Notes under the pieces: generated by a model
The model's input: the letters and a program-made list of their open reading frames with translations, nothing else
The model's database searches: none
Told to the model about the DNA's origin: nothing
NCBI RefSeq assembly: GCF_018350175.1
Contig: NC_058368.1
Location: 99,822,001 to 99,886,000, forward strand
Source: Felis catus
Taxonomy: Eukaryota
Length of the DNA: 64,000 nt
Direction: 5' to 3'
Shown here: positions 62,136 to 64,000 of the stretch, piece after piece
Layout: every line of letters starts with the position of its first letter
How positions within the stretch are numbered: position 1 is the first letter of the stretch
Program-made: the position numbers and the translations under genes

Positions 62136-63612
62136 CTTCCAGCAACTTTGTGGTCCTCACTGTCTTTTCTTACAGACTTCCAAAGGAATGATATTGTTCT
62201 GTCTTCAAAGAGATAGAGAATTCTTGGGTTATTTTAGGAACTGGTTCCAATATTACAAAAATCAAAATATAAAAAGGCAAGCTCACTCTTCTTTTTCTGA
62301 AAACAATGGAATGGAACTGTTCTACCGGGGAAATTTTTTCAAACACTTGGATAGGCCTTTTTTTTTTTAATATCTTTTACCACATAACTTATGCTAAGTG
62401 TATTTTTGTCCTTTCTTTTAGAAACTGTTGATTTAGTGAAGAGAACAAGAAATATCACATAGTACAAAGTGTAAAAGTCACCAAAGAAAAAAGCCAAAAA
62501 CTAAAGGTTGAAGAAAAAGTTAATACTGAATTTCATTTCAAATAGATAAAAATTTACAAAGCCATGAAATTCATCTAATGAGAGGGAGCTTGCATAAAAT
62601 AGCAATAATTTATATGTAAAATGGAAGAACTGATTTTCCCCATTTGACTTCCATTCAGAGACACATTTGTAAATTATAAGTAGAGATGAGGGGAAAAAAG
62701 ACAAAGGAATTTAGAATCACAGTCTTAAAATACTGCCAAGGCACTGCATAAACCATTTTTAACAGTAATTGAGTATGTGTATAGGGAATTGCACTGTATT
62801 AACCACTTTGGGAATTATAATTTAGTTGAATACAGCTCTTGTTTTCACAGAAGACACAATCTACTGGATAAAGTATCTACTTTGTGATGAAAGTGCATGT
62901 TGAAAAGCACTAGGGAGAAAAGAGAAATTTCATTTTAACGTGTAGAGTTATAAGACTGCGCTCTAAGAAAGAATTCTATAGCCAGTTTTTTAGATGGGCA
63001 ACAAAAATTAGAGCTCCAGTAAGACAAAATGATGTTGGTACAGGTTTAGTACAGTCCCTCAGACATAGTAAGTAATCTGTAAACATTTGTTATTCAACTT
63101 TACAGTAAATTCTATTATCTTTACTTTCATAGTAGAAATATTGCCTCCTTAAATATCTGTATTAATGTACCAACTAGAAGGAGTTAATGAACAAGAAAGA
63201 GGGAAGACACAATTGTCAACTATAGCAAAGAGTTTATTTACATTATATGAGAATTTAAGAGACTCAATGAGAGACGAGAGACTATGAGACATATAATAAT
63301 GAAACTATTAACATAAATCAATGTATCATGAGAACTTGTTGAACTCCAACAGTGTGTAAGATACTCTAGAACATGTTATCATGCACTGTCAGGATACAAA
63401 AACCTGAAAAGCTTAGATTTCTTGTCTGCTGAATGAGAAGATAAGACATATCTGAGAAGTATATGGAAATGAATACAAGGTGATTAAGTGCCCATATTAT
63501 GAGGGACAGTGAAGGTTACAGGGCAATATCAATTAAACAAGAGTTTTATATTGGCAGGTGGTATTGAAGTTTTTAGGTTGGACTGTAATTCCTTGTTCTG
63601 CTGTGTTTTGGG

Positions 63613-63637
63613 TTTTTTTTTTTAATTTTATTTATTT

Positions 63638-63675
<38 letters not shown>

Positions 63676-63691
63676 TTGGGGCAGAGGGGGA

Positions 63692-63750
<59 letters not shown>

Positions 63751-63874
63751 CCCAAGCAGGCTCCACGCTGTCAGCACAGAGCCTGATGCGGGGCTCAAAT
63801 TCACAGACGCTGAGATCATGACCTAAGCTGAAACCAAGTTGGCCTCTTAAATGACTGAGCCACCCAGGCACTCC
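63613..63874 (-). mobile_element. CanSINE with two long (GA)n tracts
   Basis: TSD tgttctgctgtgtttt/tgttgtgctgcgtttt. Confidence 0.93.
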
Positions 63875-63907
63875 TGTTGTGCTGCGTTTTTAGGATAAAA
63901 TCATTAC

Positions 63908-63976
63908 CTCCCTTGGTAAAGAAGTAAGTATTCTTTACTCAGTATCAATGGTTCGTCAGAAAAACAAAATCCAAAT
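63908..63976 (-). CDS. Weak candidate upstream exon (69 nt, phase 2 to 2): FGFCFSDEPLILSKEYLLLYQGS
   Basis: Acceptor aattagttttgtag, donor GAG|gtaatg; the single open frame is phase-compatible with exon 53670. Confidence 0.25.
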
Positions 63977-64000
63977 CTACAAAACTAATTGTAATTGCCA

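Noticed and set aside
491..63871. Dozens of 60-110 aa ORFs containing GAWVAQ/SAQVMIS/LSLSLS/ERERER
   Set aside because: These are translations of CanSINE bodies and their (CT)n tracts, not genes.
590..63874. tRNA-like A/B-box sequences in SINE heads
   Set aside because: Each is followed by a SINE body, (CT)n, an A tail and often a TSD; none is a free-standing tRNA gene.
63894..63923. Plus-strand micro-exon-like segment (tttttag GATAAA…GAA gtaagt)
   Set aside because: No compatible plus-strand partner exons found; it overlaps the minus-strand candidate.
1..64000. CRISPR array, operon or prokaryotic defence-type system
   Set aside because: Sequence is mammalian; the recurring similar segments are dispersed SINEs and microsatellites without repeat-spacer periodicity.

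Overview
AT-rich, repeat-dense eutherian genomic DNA from a feliform carnivore, most likely a felid. About 43 tRNA-derived CanSINEs match the SINEC_Fc-type consensus, and carnivore L1 3' ends, old L1M, L2, MIR, MaLR/ERVL/ERV1 LTRs and hAT-Charlie MITEs are also present. Repeat family names come from my recall of consensus sequences, not from a database run, and most repeat boundaries are approximate. Many ORFs in the supplied track are repeat-derived, and I accept none as a stand-alone gene. The right part (about 39.4-64 kb) appears to hold the 3' end of a spliced minus-strand gene that I cannot name. Three phase-compatible exons (53670-53610, 40178-40101, 39441-39385) give ...LWRHLQYQECKKSAILSILE/EFNTSSFPVPLWNTSSSGIRPQNISQ/NYSGLNMDSRAPATTFNL*, and the first intron has a non-canonical GC donor. 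The left part (1-39 kb) looks intergenic, with two motif-dense candidate enhancers (about 16.1 kb and 22.0 kb) and a consensus CTCF site (35155). Structural points of note are a twin-primed (5'-inverted) L1, a complete LTR-int-LTR MaLR element with a plausible 5-bp TSD, a solo LTR with a perfect TSD, and two short templated duplications copied from 1.2-2.5 kb away. I found no CRISPR array, rRNA or true tRNA gene, and no convincing evidence for a wholly new biological system.
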